From Octopus sinensis (lineage: Eukaryota): DNA of 64,000 bases. The notes beneath the pieces were generated by a model. It was not told the DNA's origin. It worked only from the letters and a program-made list of their open reading frames with translations, and did no database searches. The stretch's first letter is position 1, and every line of letters starts with the position of its first letter. Below are positions 51,495 to 63,829 of this stretch, piece by piece. The translations under genes were made by a program, and so were the position numbers. The stretch lies in assembly GCF_006345805.1 (NCBI RefSeq), contig NC_043000.1:111414001-111478000 (forward strand), in the 5' to 3' direction.

Positions 51495-51960
51495 TTTTGA
51501 TTGATTATGCCAGTGGCACATAAAAAGCACCATTCGAGTGTGATAATTACCAGTGTCACTTTACTGGCACTCAAGCCCCGTGCTAGTAGGGTGTTAAGAG
51601 CACCATCCGAGCATGATCGTTGCCAGAGTGGCTATCTGGCCTCCATGCCGATGGCATGTAAAAGACACCATTTGAGTATGATCGTTACCAACATCGCCTT
51701 ACTGGCACCTGTGCCGCTAGCATATGTAAAAGAATCGAGCGAGGTCATTGCCAGTACCGTCTGACTGGCCCTGTGCTAGTGACATGTAAAAGCACCCACT
51801 ACACTCTCGGAGTGGTTGGCGTTAGGAAGGGCATCCAGCTGTAGAGACTCTGCCAGATCAAGATTGAAGCCTGGTGCAGCCATCTGGTTCGCCAGTCCTC
51901 AGTCAAATCGTCCAACCCATGCTTGCATGGAAAGTGGATGTTAAACGATGATGATGATGA
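51495..51960 (+). mobile_element. RTE LINE 3'UTR copy with about 5 internal modules
   Basis: Repeated gtggcacrtaaaaagcacc modules then ttaggaagggcatccagctgtag..aacccatgc..gatgatgatg. Confidence 0.85.
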
Positions 51961-52094
51961 TATTTTTCCTTTGCTTTAATATTTACCTATAATATTAATT
52001 TAATATTGGACTTACATGCATAATATGCGTACTTATATCAAACAGTTATCAATTATCGGAACCAGCTGAAATAATGTTTGCTCTCAATTCCTCT

Positions 52095-52368
52095 TTCATG
52101 GGGCCGAAGAGATGAGTCTAGTGATGAGGAAGTGAAAACTGTAGTGAAGAAGTGGCTCAAAGAAGAGTCAACAGAATTTTACAGGGCAGGGATATATGCT
52201 CTCATTTGAAGGTGGAACATTGCTATTAAGAGAAATGGTGACTATGTTGAGAAGTAGGGATGTGATCCATAGAGGACCAGCTTTATTTTGATGTATGATA
52301 CATGTTCCTGTGTTGGTAATTATACCTGTCCAAAACAAAATGGCATTACTTTTTGACTCACCCTCGTA
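52095..52368 (+). mobile_element. Mariner 3' fragment with right TIR
   Basis: SSDEEVKTVVKKWLKEESTEFYRAGI..RW..NGDYVEK*; ends ttactttttgactcaccctcgta. Confidence 0.85.
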
Positions 52369-52384
52369 TATGTATATATATATA

Positions 52385-52585
52385 TATAGTTGGAATTTAC
52401 AAAAAAACAAAAGATGAAGACAGGAATGTAAACAACAAAATAGTGCATTAGTTTAATGCTCAGGAAAGTGAGAAAGTCTTTTATGTTTCAAGCCTATGCT
52501 CTTCAACAGAAAGGAACACAAGACAATAAACAGAGAGAGAATAGAAAAAAGTGTACTGGTTAGCAGTCGAATGTGTGTATGTATA

Positions 52586-52640
<55 letters not shown>

Positions 52641-52800
52641 GGGGAGAATTCACAAAAAAAAGATGATGACAGGTGGTGTAGACAATAAACAGATCTATTA
52701 GTATAACACTCAGGAAATGAAAAAGTCTTTAACGTTTCGAGCCTACGCTCTTCCACGGAAAGGAACACAGAAAGAGACAAGGAGAGAAAATAAAGAGTGT
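52385..52800 (-). mobile_element. Two tandem copies of the same Penelope-like-derived repeat
   Basis: Copies at about 52385-52555 and 52635-52800 separated by (TA)n. Confidence 0.6.
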
Positions 52801-52828
52801 GTAGTGGCTAGCGATCTATCATATATAT

Positions 52829-52896
<68 letters not shown>

Positions 52897-53578
52897 TGTA
52901 TGTATGTATGTATATCATATATATATATATATATATATATGTATTGATATTTGTGTGTGTGTGTAAATATATATATATCATAATACAAATATGCATGTTT
53001 CTTTGTCATCACACTCTATCCCATGAGTCTCATAGACATCTCCCACTTCCCCTACCACCTCTCTCAGCTTAGCTTGTTTATATTCACACATATCTCAGAA
53101 CACTCAGTACCCCTATCTCTCTCCCCTTCTATCGCATACCCTTCCCATCACTACCATTTATGCCTCTTTCAGTCACATTTCTCACAGTCACATGATGAAG
53201 CAGAGACAAGGCATTAAGCTGTTCTTTTAGTTATGTTGAAGAATTGTTAGAGCCACAATAAAAACGCCTCCACTATAGTATGGTATTGTGTTTAAAATGT
53301 GAAGTTGTGAAAGTCCAGTTGTAGGAATTGTTGTTGTTGTAGTTGCTGGTGAATGAAAATGTATTTCTAAGGTTGCATGTTGAAGTAATTAACAACACTC
53401 GCAAATAATTAACAGAAGATTTATTAACTGCACATAACCGCATAATGTTTTCTGTGTTTACTTTTTGACCAAAACTAACAGTGACATTTACATATTGGGG
53501 GAGACAAACTACTGGGATGTAGGACAATTTCACTGATATATAAGCAATTATGGCTGGCTTATCATAATTGGAAAATAA

Positions 53579-53728
53579 TCACTCTATGTTTGTGGCAACA
53601 AAATCTATGCCCTCTTTTAGCCAATGGCTGGTGAATGAAATGAGAATGAAGACATAAAACAGTGGTTTCAACATTCTGGGGTTACAGCCCCAACAAAACA
53701 CCTTTATATATGGATCAATGAGAAAGTT
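53579..53728 (-). CDS. Candidate terminal coding exon; NFLIDPYIKVFCWGCNPRMLKPLFYVFILISFTSHWLKEGIDFVATNIE* (hydrophobic TM/anchor-like segment)
   Basis: Acceptor gatttaactttctag| at 53729-53730, phase 0 matches previous exon, 49 codons to TGA at 53581-53579. Confidence 0.5.
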   Translation of the reverse strand, partial: NFLIDPYIKVFCWGCNPRMLKPLFYVFILISFTSHWLKEGIDFVATNIE

Positions 53729-54554
53729 CTAGAAAGTTAAATCATACAATGGCTTGACACAAATTGATCAGTTAATTGGCTGACCATGTGAAACTGTTGT
53801 GGCTTGGCCGTGATGTCAAAATGGCTATCTAGTGATTCAGTTTTGAATCCACTACCGTTCTTTGCTCTTGTTGAAAACATGTCATCTCTAAAGTGCTGGT
53901 GGCACATAAAATGTATCCAGTGCAGTCTGTAAAGCGAATAGTGCTAGGAAGAGCATCCAGCTGTTGGAAGTAAAACCTAAAACGAAATCTGATTGAGATG
54001 AGGTCTCCCAGGTGAGCAGGACCCCTCAAATACGTGCTGACCCCTATCAAGGTGAGCCATCCAAAACATGCCAGTATGGAAAGTAGTAGTAGTAGTAGTA
54101 GTAGTAGTATGAGGTGGGGCATATGCTGTAAGAGTGTGTTTTTGCATCCACCACTTGTTAGTGGTTCCCTACTCCTGATGGATGACACCTTTCAGGTGAC
54201 ACCCCTCCAATCCATGGGTCTTTCTGGGCAGTCATTACTGGTGAGGGTTTTATGAGGTTAGAGTGCTAATTCTACCTTCAACCTCGTTTAGTCACCTTTT
54301 ATTACATGCAAAGGGAATGCTGAGTCTATTCTTTGGCTTGCCAGTCCAAACACAGTATTACAACGATGTGAAATGAAGAGTTTTTCTCAAGAACACAACA
54401 CACTGCCCAGTCCAGGAATTGAACTCATGATCTGGCAGTTTTGAGTGCAAACACTCTAACCACTAGGCCATGTACTTCACAGCATGGAAAGTGGGCATAA
54501 AATAACACTGACATTGACAATGATGATGGTGGTGGTGCTGATGAAGATAATTAT

Positions 54555-54622
<68 letters not shown>

Positions 54623-55265
54623 CAGACTTACATATGTACATATACATACATACAAATATTTACATAATGTATATATATGCCAGGAAGGACTGTTTTAACA
54701 AAGTCGCATCTTGTTCCTACCTTCAAAACACGGAGTAGATAAAACAGGGGACAACTGATGAAGGGAATGTTCTTTATGTTGTTTGTCTTGTTTCTCTGTT
54801 TCTTTCTTTCATTGTTCGAAAAAAGGTTGTTTTCCATGTTTTTATTTTTGTCCTCATTTCTCATTTTGTCTTCATTTTTTTAATGTTCTGTACCCATAGA
54901 TGCATGTATATATACATATATACATGTCGGTATGTACATATATGTATGCATATATACATATATTTATATATTATTTGTATTATTATATGATCGAATGCCA
55001 TGCATCCACTTCCAAGTAAGTTTTATCTATATATATATGTATGTATATACATATATATACATAATATGTATCACTTATATATATATATACACACATATGC
55101 ACACACACACACTTATGCACATACACACACACATATACATACACATACACACACGCACATCCATGTACACACACAGATTCAGTCGCATACACAGTGACAC
55201 ATACTAACACATGCATATATCTAAATGTGTGGGTCTGTCCGTGTGTCTTCATAAAATCGACTCAC

Positions 55266-55415
55266 TTTTGACTGGCCAACTCCCTTGGCATCAGTATAGG
55301 CCACAATATGGAGAAGGTCAAAGATTTGTCCACAAGTCCCAGGAGGAACATCCATTCCTGTAAATATGTCATCTGCAATATCATTATATCTTCTGCTTGT
55401 GATATTTAATGTCTT
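55266..55415 (-). CDS. Internal exon (150 nt, phase 0->0); KTLNITSRRYNDIADDIFTGMDVPPGTCGQIFDLLHIVAYTDAKGVGQSK
   Basis: Acceptor ttattag| (NAGNAG tag/aag), strong donor AAA|gtgagt, exact 50 open codons, protein-like composition; TG..PGT...V.AYT..G.G.S pattern is FN3-like (inference). Confidence 0.7.
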
Positions 55416-55824
55416 CTAATAAATCAGCCGATATATTCTATAAGTCAGAATGGTTTTATGGAGATTCCATATGCGTTGGTGGCCTGTTGGTCAGTTTGAC
55501 TGGGTAAGAAGTTTGCTTCTCACCCACATGGTTCCAGGTTCAGTCCAACTTTGGCAAGTGTCCTCTACTATAGCCTTGGGCTGACCAAACCCTTGTTAGT
55601 GATTTGGTAGACGGAAACTGAAAGAAACCCCCACCCATGCCAGCACGGAAGGCAGATGTTAAACAATGATGATGATGATGTATATATATATATTCTTTTA
55701 TTCTTTTACTTGTTTCAGTCATTTGACTGCAGCCATGCTGGAGCACCGTCTTTTTACATGGCACCATCACAGGCATACTTTATGTGACACCAACACAGGA
55801 ATGGCACTGGCACAATGAATATTA

Positions 55825-55865
<41 letters not shown>

Positions 55866-56589
55866 TGGTCATGGTTTGTGCAGAGCCAGTCTCACTCTCT
55901 CATCCTTCAAACTTGCATAGGTCTAGGGTCATAAATGTCATGAACCTAATAGTTACCAGGATGCAGGGTTTGTCTTGAATTATCTTCTCTTGGATAAACA
56001 GCAAAAGCACTAAAGGCCTCGTCTACCTTGGGGCCATTGGGAATCTCTGTGAATGGCCTTGTTCCAGTCATTGGGCTTTCATCATGCACTCATGCAATTT
56101 CTACAACAACACCAACAACAATAGCAAGGAAACTACCCAGGTTGAGCTGCCATTTCTTTGCATTGAGAGATCACAGCTGCTGTACCATGGCCATGCAATT
56201 AGAATGTCACAGGTAAGGATCACAGGGCGGATTCTTTAAGCTGAACCAACTGGCAGGAGACCTAGGGGCAAACCAAGAATGAGACACTTGGTTAATGTCT
56301 ATGGTCTCAATTGGTCAAACTTAGGAAGCCAGCAGAGAAACCTAGGGATATTTGCTTCTGGTAGAAGCACACGGGGGCGGAGAGGAGATGCCTGAAGATT
56401 CTGACCCTGTGACATTCTCAGAAATGGTGGGTGGAAAAGATGAAGGGAAGGATGTTCCAGTATGGTGGCTTGATGCGGAGAAGCGATTTAAAGCTGTGAA
56501 AAAAACTGAAGTTTGGATTGGTCATTAAATGTTGTATTTAGATTTTAATTAAGATAAACATTTATATTTCTAAATTAATGGTATTAATT

Positions 56590-57241
56590 TAGAAATATAG
56601 CTTTGTGTATGTGTGCATATGTGTGTGTGTGTGCATGTGTGTGTATGTGTGCATGTGTGTGTGTGTGAGTGCTTGTGTGTGTTTGTGTATGCGATGGTGT
56701 GTGTATACATGTGTGTTGTATATTTGTGCTTCTGTATGTGTATATATATACGTGAGGAAGTGGCAGATTGTGTGCATATATGTATGTGTGTATGGATATG
56801 CATACATTCTATGTGTGTGGGTTTGTGCGTGTATCTGTATGTGTGTATATATGTGTGGGTGTATTGTGTATATATATATGTATATGTTTATGGATGCATA
56901 TAAAATCTATGTATGTATACTTGCATGTATGTATGTGTGTGTGTGTTGGGTATGTGTATGTATGTGTGTATATCTGTGTGTGTTAGAGACTGTGTGTCTA
57001 TGTGTATGCATATATATGTTTCTGCTTGTATGTATATGCCTGTGTAAGGTTATGTGTATGCCTGTAGGTATGTCTATGTAGATGAGTTATGTGTGGGCAT
57101 TTGTTAATAGTGTTGGTCTCCGAAGACCCGTAAAGGCCATGTGCACAGCTTCTTTCTACGCATAAAACCAATAAAAAACAAATATGGTTTCTATGTGTGG
57201 ATATGTGTATATATACATTCATAGCACATGTGCGTAAATGT

Positions 57242-57286
<45 letters not shown>

Positions 57287-57490
57287 GGATATGAGTATGT
57301 ATATGTTTGTAGTGTGTGTTTGTGTGTGTGTGTGTATGTCTGTGTGTGTATGTGTGTGTTTGTGTGTCTGTAAGTGTGTGTGTGTATGTGTGTGTTTGTG
57401 TGTGTGTGTGTGTATGTGTGCACGTGTGTGTGCGTGTGTGTGCATGCATGCACGTGCATGTGTGTATGTGTGTGTGTGTGTGTGTGTGCA
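56590..57490. repeat. Degenerate TG-rich microsatellite tract
   Basis: Direct reading. Confidence 0.95.
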
Positions 57491-57534
57491 ACGAGAATCT
57501 ATCCCAGTGCCATATCAGATTCAACAAAGCTTAC

Positions 57535-57623
57535 TGACCTTCTCCACAGATAATGACCAATGGTAGAAGAGGACCGGTCAGTGTTGAAAGACCAAACATC
57601 TCTCCTAGTCTCTACACCGAATG
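57535..57623 (-). CDS. Candidate internal exon (89 nt, phase 1->0); xFGVETRRDVWSFNTDRSSSTIGHYLWRRS
   Basis: Pyrimidine-rich acceptor catctgttgcccag|, donor TCA|gtaagc, open frame, unique sequence island between (CA)n arrays, phase matches next exon. Confidence 0.6.
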
Positions 57624-58739
57624 CTGGGCAACAGATGCAGATGTTGAAGAAGTGTGTGCATGCATGCATTTGTATGTGTTCGTTTGTGTGTGTTTGTGTG
57701 TGTATCTCTACATGAGTGTGTTTATGAATGAATTCGATACAATGTGACCAAATGGTTGAAAATTTGTTGCACAATCCCAAGGTTCCAGGTTCAATTCCAT
57801 GCTTTGTAATTGACCCAAACCTTGTGATTGACTCATACCACAATCTATTCCACTGTAAATTTGAATCATGAGTAAAAGGCTTTCAGCATCTTGAAGTTCT
57901 TTCAATCTATTAGTTCCAAACTCTTCCATGATGGCCATCATCATCATCATCATCATCATCAACAACAGCTGTTATGATGGGTTGGGCAATTTGATGGGTT
58001 CAGGCAAGCCATAAGGCTGTACTGAAATCGTGGGTTGGTTTTGGCATGGTTTCTATGGCTGGATGTCCTGTCTCTCTTGATGCCAACCACATTACAGAGA
58101 GTATTGGGTGCTTTTTATGTGGTACCAGCATCTGTGGAGTTGCCATGTAGCTCACAACATGACAAAACCTAGAGATGGCAACATGTGAGGAAATGAGGGG
58201 CTTAAAGTATGAGAGAAGTGAGCAGGTTCTTGTAGGGGCTTCAAGTATGAGAGAAGTGGGTTAGTGAGCAAGTTGTTGTTGTAGAGGAGCTGCATGACTA
58301 CTCGTATTTAGAAGAGAGGGTGAGAAAGGTTAGAGGGAGTTGCATGTCCATCTGGCTTCTCAAGGTGAGAGGGGAGAGTAGGAAGAGAGGAACTAGGAAC
58401 ATGGATGGGGGTTGACAAGAGATGGGGGAATTGGAAGTTGGCAACAGCTGTAAAGATTGGGTAAGGTGGAAGGGTGGATGTAAGGAGTGATAGGTGAGCA
58501 ATGATGCATGAACTGGGAAAGGTAAGGAGGGGTAGAATGGAGGGGAAGTGCGGTAGGAGAGTAACGATGTAATGTAATGATGATGCAGCATCTTATAGGG
58601 AAAGGACAAAAGAGATAGGACAATGGTTGGGTGAGATTGCAGGCGTTGGGAGATGGAATCAGGTGTAGTGTGTGTGTGTGGGGGGGAGATAAATTGGTGG
58701 GTCAGTGGGGGAGGGAATGAAAAAGACAGGACCCTGGTA

Positions 58740-59650
58740 CCTTGAGGCCATTTCTCTGAAGGTACCAGGGTCCACTCTTTCTTCCTACTTACTAAAACTT
58801 TTTGTCTTTGCAAAGTTTACCTTAAGACCTCTTGATACTGGATTTAGTCTCCATGTACAGAATTTCCCCACTAATCCTCCTATTGATTCAGCTATGAGAA
58901 CTGGATCACCAGCAAACAGCAGTTCCCAAGAACATTCTGTCTTAAACTCCTATGTGATGGCCTTTTGGATCATCAGGTATAGGAGATGACTGAGGACTGA
59001 GCCTTGATGAATTCCTAAATTTGTCACTGAAATCCTTGTCAACTTGCACTTCACTCACTGCATCTTTGTCCGATTTCCTCAATGACCACCAAATTACTGA
59101 GCATGGTACCCTGTCATATATTTTCCCCAAATCAAGAGAAGCCAAGAATAGCATTTTATTTGTAGCCAGGTATTTTTTTCCAGGTGTCTCACAAGGAAGA
59201 TTGCATCCATGGTATCCAAGGTGGCAAGCTGGTAGAAACGCTAGCACGCCGGGTGAAATGCTTAGCAGTATTTCGTCTGCCGCTATGTTCTGAGTTCAAA
59301 TTCCACTCAGGTCGACTTTGCCTTTCATCCTTTCAGGGTCGATTAAATAAGTACCAGTTATGCACTGGGGTCGATCTAATCGACTTAATCCATTTGTCTG
59401 TCCTTGTTTGTCCTCTCTGTGTTTAGCCCTTTCTGGGTAGTAAAGAAATAGATTGTATCCATGGTAATTTTTTGTGAACACAAAACCAAACTGCATCTCA
59501 TCTAGGTCTGTGCTTTGGCTCCCTCCATGACCTTCCCTACTTAATCCAGACATTGGATTCTTCTGTAGTTGCTACTCTCAAAGCCATCTCCTTTGCATTT
59601 GAAGCACTTTATGAAGATGCTGCCATGCCAGTCATTGGGTGTGACTGAAA
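58740..59650 (-). mobile_element. Decayed RTE LINE RT region interrupted by a SINE
   Basis: LDEMQFGFV..(SINE)..KYLATNKMLFLASLDLGKIYDRVPCSVIWWSLRK; stops and frameshifts. Confidence 0.8.
59215..59449 (+). mobile_element. Same SINE family, full length with 17-bp TSD
   Basis: TSD agattgcatccatggta (59198-59214) / agattgtatccatggta (59450-59466). Confidence 0.95.
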
Positions 59651-59664
59651 TCATCAGGTACGAC

Positions 59665-59677
59665 TATACATACATAC

Positions 59678-59776
<99 letters not shown>

Positions 59777-59810
59777 ATATATACATGTATATATATACAC
59801 ATATATATAC

Positions 59811-59865
<55 letters not shown>

Positions 59866-59968
59866 TATACATATACATATATATATATATATGTATATAT
59901 GTACACACGCACACATATATATATACATATGTGTGTACATATATATATATATACATATATGTGTACAT

Positions 59969-60018
<50 letters not shown>

Positions 60019-60183
60019 CACACACACATATATTAGAAGGTTTGGAGGTGATGCACAGGTATTATATATTAGAAAAAATAAGGTATTCATATATATGCGT
60101 ATATATGCACATATATGCATATATGTATGTATATATGTGTGTGTGTGTATGTATGTGTGTGTGTATGTATGTGTGTGTGTATG

Positions 60184-60216
<33 letters not shown>

Positions 60217-60217
60217 T

Positions 60218-60269
<52 letters not shown>

Positions 60270-60275
60270 AAATAC
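59665..60275. repeat. Long TA/TG microsatellite block
   Basis: Direct reading; similar blocks at 11040-11228, 29240-29500, 36455-36800, 44470-45060. Confidence 0.98.
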
Positions 60276-61007
60276 ACTCTCATTTGCCCCTGTCTACCTA
60301 CATATTAATGTATACATATACCTACCCACCTGTCTAGCTACACACCTACTTACTAGTCTGTCTGTCTGTGTCTCTACATACATGTGTGTGTATGTGTATG
60401 TATGCATGGGTATACACTCATCACCCCTCACAAACACACATTATGTGTGTGTGTGTGTGTAGATTTTTTTAGTTGGCCGTCTGTCTATTTATTTGCACTA
60501 TTTTTTTTTTGCCTTTTTTCTCTGTTTTTCTTTATAATTTCCAATCAAGTAAGTAGCAGTGACATAATGGCAGGGTACATCGGTTCAATCCTCCCTCACT
60601 TCCCTCCTCACATACTTGACCTTGTCTCTGCTTACAACTAATCAATAGATTGTCAATCCAGACATCTCTGCCAGGTGCTGTTAACAACTTGGATTCACAA
60701 CCACATCGCTCAGAGTTTGAACTCTCTGCACCGCACTTTGGCAAATGTTTATAACCTTGGGCTTAACTACACACATACATACATGCTAAGATTATATATA
60801 TATATATATATGTAGTATGTATGTATGTAGTATGTATGTATGTATGTATGTATGTATGTATGTATAATAGCATCAAACTAATACACCTGCTTGTTATTTA
60901 TACACCTGTCTTCATCTTTTTGCTGTAAATTTCAACTATATATATATATATATATATATATCTATATAAGTATATATATATATACATACCCACATACATA
61001 CACACAC

Positions 61008-61053
<46 letters not shown>

Positions 61054-61179
61054 ATGTATATGTATATATATAAATATATATATATAGATATGTCTGCGTG
61101 TGTGTATATATATATATATATTATATATATATATATATTATATATATGTGTGTATATGTAATATATATATATATATATA

Positions 61180-61556
61180 CACTACCGTCAGAAATTAATT
61201 AGCACCCTTGATTTGCTCTTCACTCAAGGTATGTGCTGTCACCTAGTGGCCATATCTCGAACTATTGCTTTGTTGCGAGTTCACTGTTGCGCAGAACGAT
61301 GACGTAACTTTGTTTGCAGAGCAGTTTGAGAGTCTACACCCTTATGATGTTGACATAGCAGTGCAACAACAACTTGGAGTGCGGATGCAGACAAATCTTC
61401 CTTTGTTTAATAGATATAGGTAGCGCCTCGCAAGGACCGAAATCACACCATACTAAGTTTTCTCATCACGTAAGACGTTTTGAACAGCTCATAGGTTAAT
61501 TGATTTAACCTATTTGATGTAGAAATTTGAGAAGTGCTAATTAATTTCTGACGCAA

Positions 61557-61559
<3 letters not shown>
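61180..61559. mobile_element. Tc1-like MITE inserted in (TA)n
   Basis: TIRs cactaccgtcagaaattaattagcac / gtgctaattaatttctgacgcaagtg, TA flanks. Confidence 0.8.
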
Positions 61560-61596
<37 letters not shown>

Positions 61597-61691
61597 TATA
61601 TATATATGAAACAGAGTGTAGCATAGGGAGGACAAGAGAAGCTGCAGAAAGGAGGTGACTGGTGGGGGAGACATGTTAGAAACTCTCATAC

Positions 61692-61742
61692 TTGTTACCG
61701 AAATGAAAAGATCAGCACACATTCCGTATCTTGAAATTTTTT
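61692..61742 (-). CDS. Candidate internal exon (51 nt, phase 1->1) of an unidentified minus-strand gene; xKISRYGMCADLFISVTx
   Basis: Acceptor ttttaatttggttcag| at 61743-61744, donor |gtatga at 61691-61690, open only in the phase-1 frame; end phase matches the next candidate exon. Alternative phase-0 donor TCG|gtaaca also present. Confidence 0.45.
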
Positions 61743-61789
61743 CTGAACCAAATTAAAATTTAAAATTAAAAATTTTAAGTTTTTAATTC

Positions 61790-62148
61790 ACCTGAAGAAA
61801 ACATTTTTTATACCACGTCGCCTTATTAGCATTTGTGATGGTGACACGTGAAACATTGAGCAAGGTCGTCGCCAGTGCCGCTGGACTGACTCCTGTGCAG
61901 GTTGCACGTAAAAAGCACCATTTAGACGTGGTCATTGCCAGTACCGCCTGACTGGCCCTTGTGTCGGTGGCACATAAAAGCACTCACTACACACTCGGAG
62001 TGGTTGGTGTTAGGAAGGGCATCCAGCTGTAGAAACTCTGCCAGATCAGATTGGAGTCTGGTGCAGCCATCTGGTTCACCAGACCTCAGTCAAATCGTCC
62101 AACCCATGCCAGCATGGAAAGCGGACGTTAAATGATGATGATGATGAT
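61790..62148 (+). mobile_element. RTE LINE 3'UTR copy
   Basis: Same 3'UTR motifs and (GAT)n tail. Confidence 0.85.
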
Positions 62149-62219
62149 GTAATCAGTATATTCTCTAAAAAACGGCAAATCTGAAACTGCTTTAGGGAAC
62201 CTCAACCCATTTGTGTTAG

Positions 62220-62690
62220 GTGCAGGTGTGGCTGTGCGGTAAGAAAATTGCTTCCCAACCACATGGCTCTGAGTTCAGTCCCACTGCATGTTACTTTGGG
62301 GAAGTCATCATCATCATCATCATCATCGTTTAACATCCGTTTTCCATGCTGACATGGGTTGGATGGTTCAACTGGGATCTGGGAAGCCAGGAGGCTGCAT
62401 CAGGCTCCAATCTGACCTGGCAATGTTTCTACAGCTGGGGGCCCTTCCTAATGCCAACCACTCCAAGAATGTAGTGGATGCTTTCTACGTGCCACCAGCA
62501 CAGGGGCCAGAGGGGACTGCCATTGACCACGATCAGATGGTGCCTTTTATGTGCCACTGGCATGGGATCCAGTCAAGGCAGTGCTGGCATCAGCTACATT
62601 CGGATGGTGCTTTTTGTCTTCTACTATAGCTTTGGGTCAACCAATGCCTTGTGAGTGGATTTGGTAGACTGAAACTGAAAATTCTCTGCT
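62220..62690 (+). mobile_element. CORE-like SINE split by a minus-strand RTE 3'UTR insertion (62305-62612)
   Basis: Head ends ..ttggggaagt at 62303 and resumes tgtcttctactatagc at about 62613. Confidence 0.8.
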
Positions 62691-63215
62691 GATGCCTTGA
62701 TCTTAGCCATCACACTTTGATCCATTGACTGGAGAGCAATGAAGTTGTTGTATTCTTTTCTCGCATTATCAGAAAATTTATTCAAGTCCATTGGATCGCT
62801 TGGCTTGCTATTTTTTCCAAGGAGCCTACAAAGAGCGATGTTTTGTGGGAAATATTATGTTTGGCACTGTACCTCTTTCTACAGCAGAACAAAAACTATT
62901 TGGAAACCACTCTTTGTAAAAGTTCTTAGTCATCTATGCTTTCTTCCTTGAAGACTAAATCAAAGGTAAATTAAACTTTGCAGAACCCTTGAAAACCCTT
63001 CTATTTTCAGTGTAAAACACAAGTAGGGACTTTAATTTCATATCACCAGTGGCATTTCCTCCTTAGCGGAAGCATCAGATGATTTTCAGAAGATTTAAAC
63101 CCTAGTGATGATTTTTCTTCTTGAGAAATAAAATGTTCTGGTTGATGTCAGCTTCCAGACAAGTGCCATTTCATCACTGTTGCATATTTGCTCTGATCCC
63201 CAACTCCTTCAGCAA
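62685..63215 (-). pseudogene. Tigger/pogo DDE transposase relic
   Basis: QICNSDEMALVWKLTSTRT..EKSSLGFK..GGNATGDMKLKSLLVFYTEN..KA*MT..EWFPNSF..TTSLLQSMDQSVMA. Confidence 0.85.
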
Positions 63216-63424
63216 TCATTTTGAAATACAATGTGTTAGAGATGTTAATGGGAAGATGTATATCTAAAATGGTGTAAGCACATTTGTCATTGCTTACTAA
63301 GGGCTTGAGGGTGGGGTGACAGTTTTAAGGGTTTAAAAACATATTGGAGTCAATTCGTTTGACTAAAATCTCTTTATGGTGCTGGCTCAGCATGGTCGCA
63401 ATCTAAAGTTTGAAACTAGTATGG

Positions 63425-63810
63425 AAGGCTGATGAATGTGGAGAATGCATGAATTAAAACAGGGCTACTTCATTCTGGCTCTACAGAGATACCAGTAATT
63501 CTTATTTCTTTATTGCCCACAAGGGGATAAACATAGAGGGGACAAACAAGGACAGAAAAAGGTATTAAGTCGATTATATCGACCCCAGTGCATAACTGGT
63601 ACTTAATTTATCGACCCCCGAAAGGATGAAAGGCAAAGTCAACCTCGGCAGAATTTGAACTCAGAACATAACGGCAGACGAAATACCACTGAGCATTTTG
63701 CCCGGCATGCTAATGTTTCTGCCAGCTTATTGCCAGTAATTCTAGTTGACAACAGAATGGTAGATAGAGCAATTAAGGAAATGAAGACAGGGAAAACTAC
63801 TGATTGATGA
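63425..63810 (+). mobile_element. Decayed RTE LINE fragment upstream of RT, interrupted by a SINE
   Basis: LMNVENA*..TEIPVILVDNRMVDRAIKEMKTGK after removing 63503-63743. Confidence 0.6.
63503..63732 (-). mobile_element. Same SINE family, full length with 11-bp TSD
   Basis: TSD ccagtaattct at 63492-63502 and 63733-63743. Confidence 0.95.
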
Positions 63811-63829
63811 AGGACAGTTGTTGAGATTA

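Noticed and set aside
51870-51903. Minus-strand CTGAGGA-CTGG cgaa CCAG stem
   Set aside because: Followed by ATGG, not GAAA; part of the RTE 3'UTR
53579-53581. Selenocysteine recoding of the TGA
   Set aside because: No SECIS-like element recognised downstream and no redox motif around the codon; readthrough, editing or splicing are more plausible
54754-54825. CTGATGAAGGG hammerhead-like start
   Set aside because: No stem II partner adjacent to a GAAA and no stem III or stem I
60636-60677. 42-nt phase 1->1 exon candidate (PGRDVWIDNLLIS) that would fit between the 61.7 and 57.6 kb exons
   Set aside because: Good donor (gtaagc), but the acceptor overlaps the end of a decayed CORE-like SINE and has a poor pyrimidine tract; not supportable without RNA data
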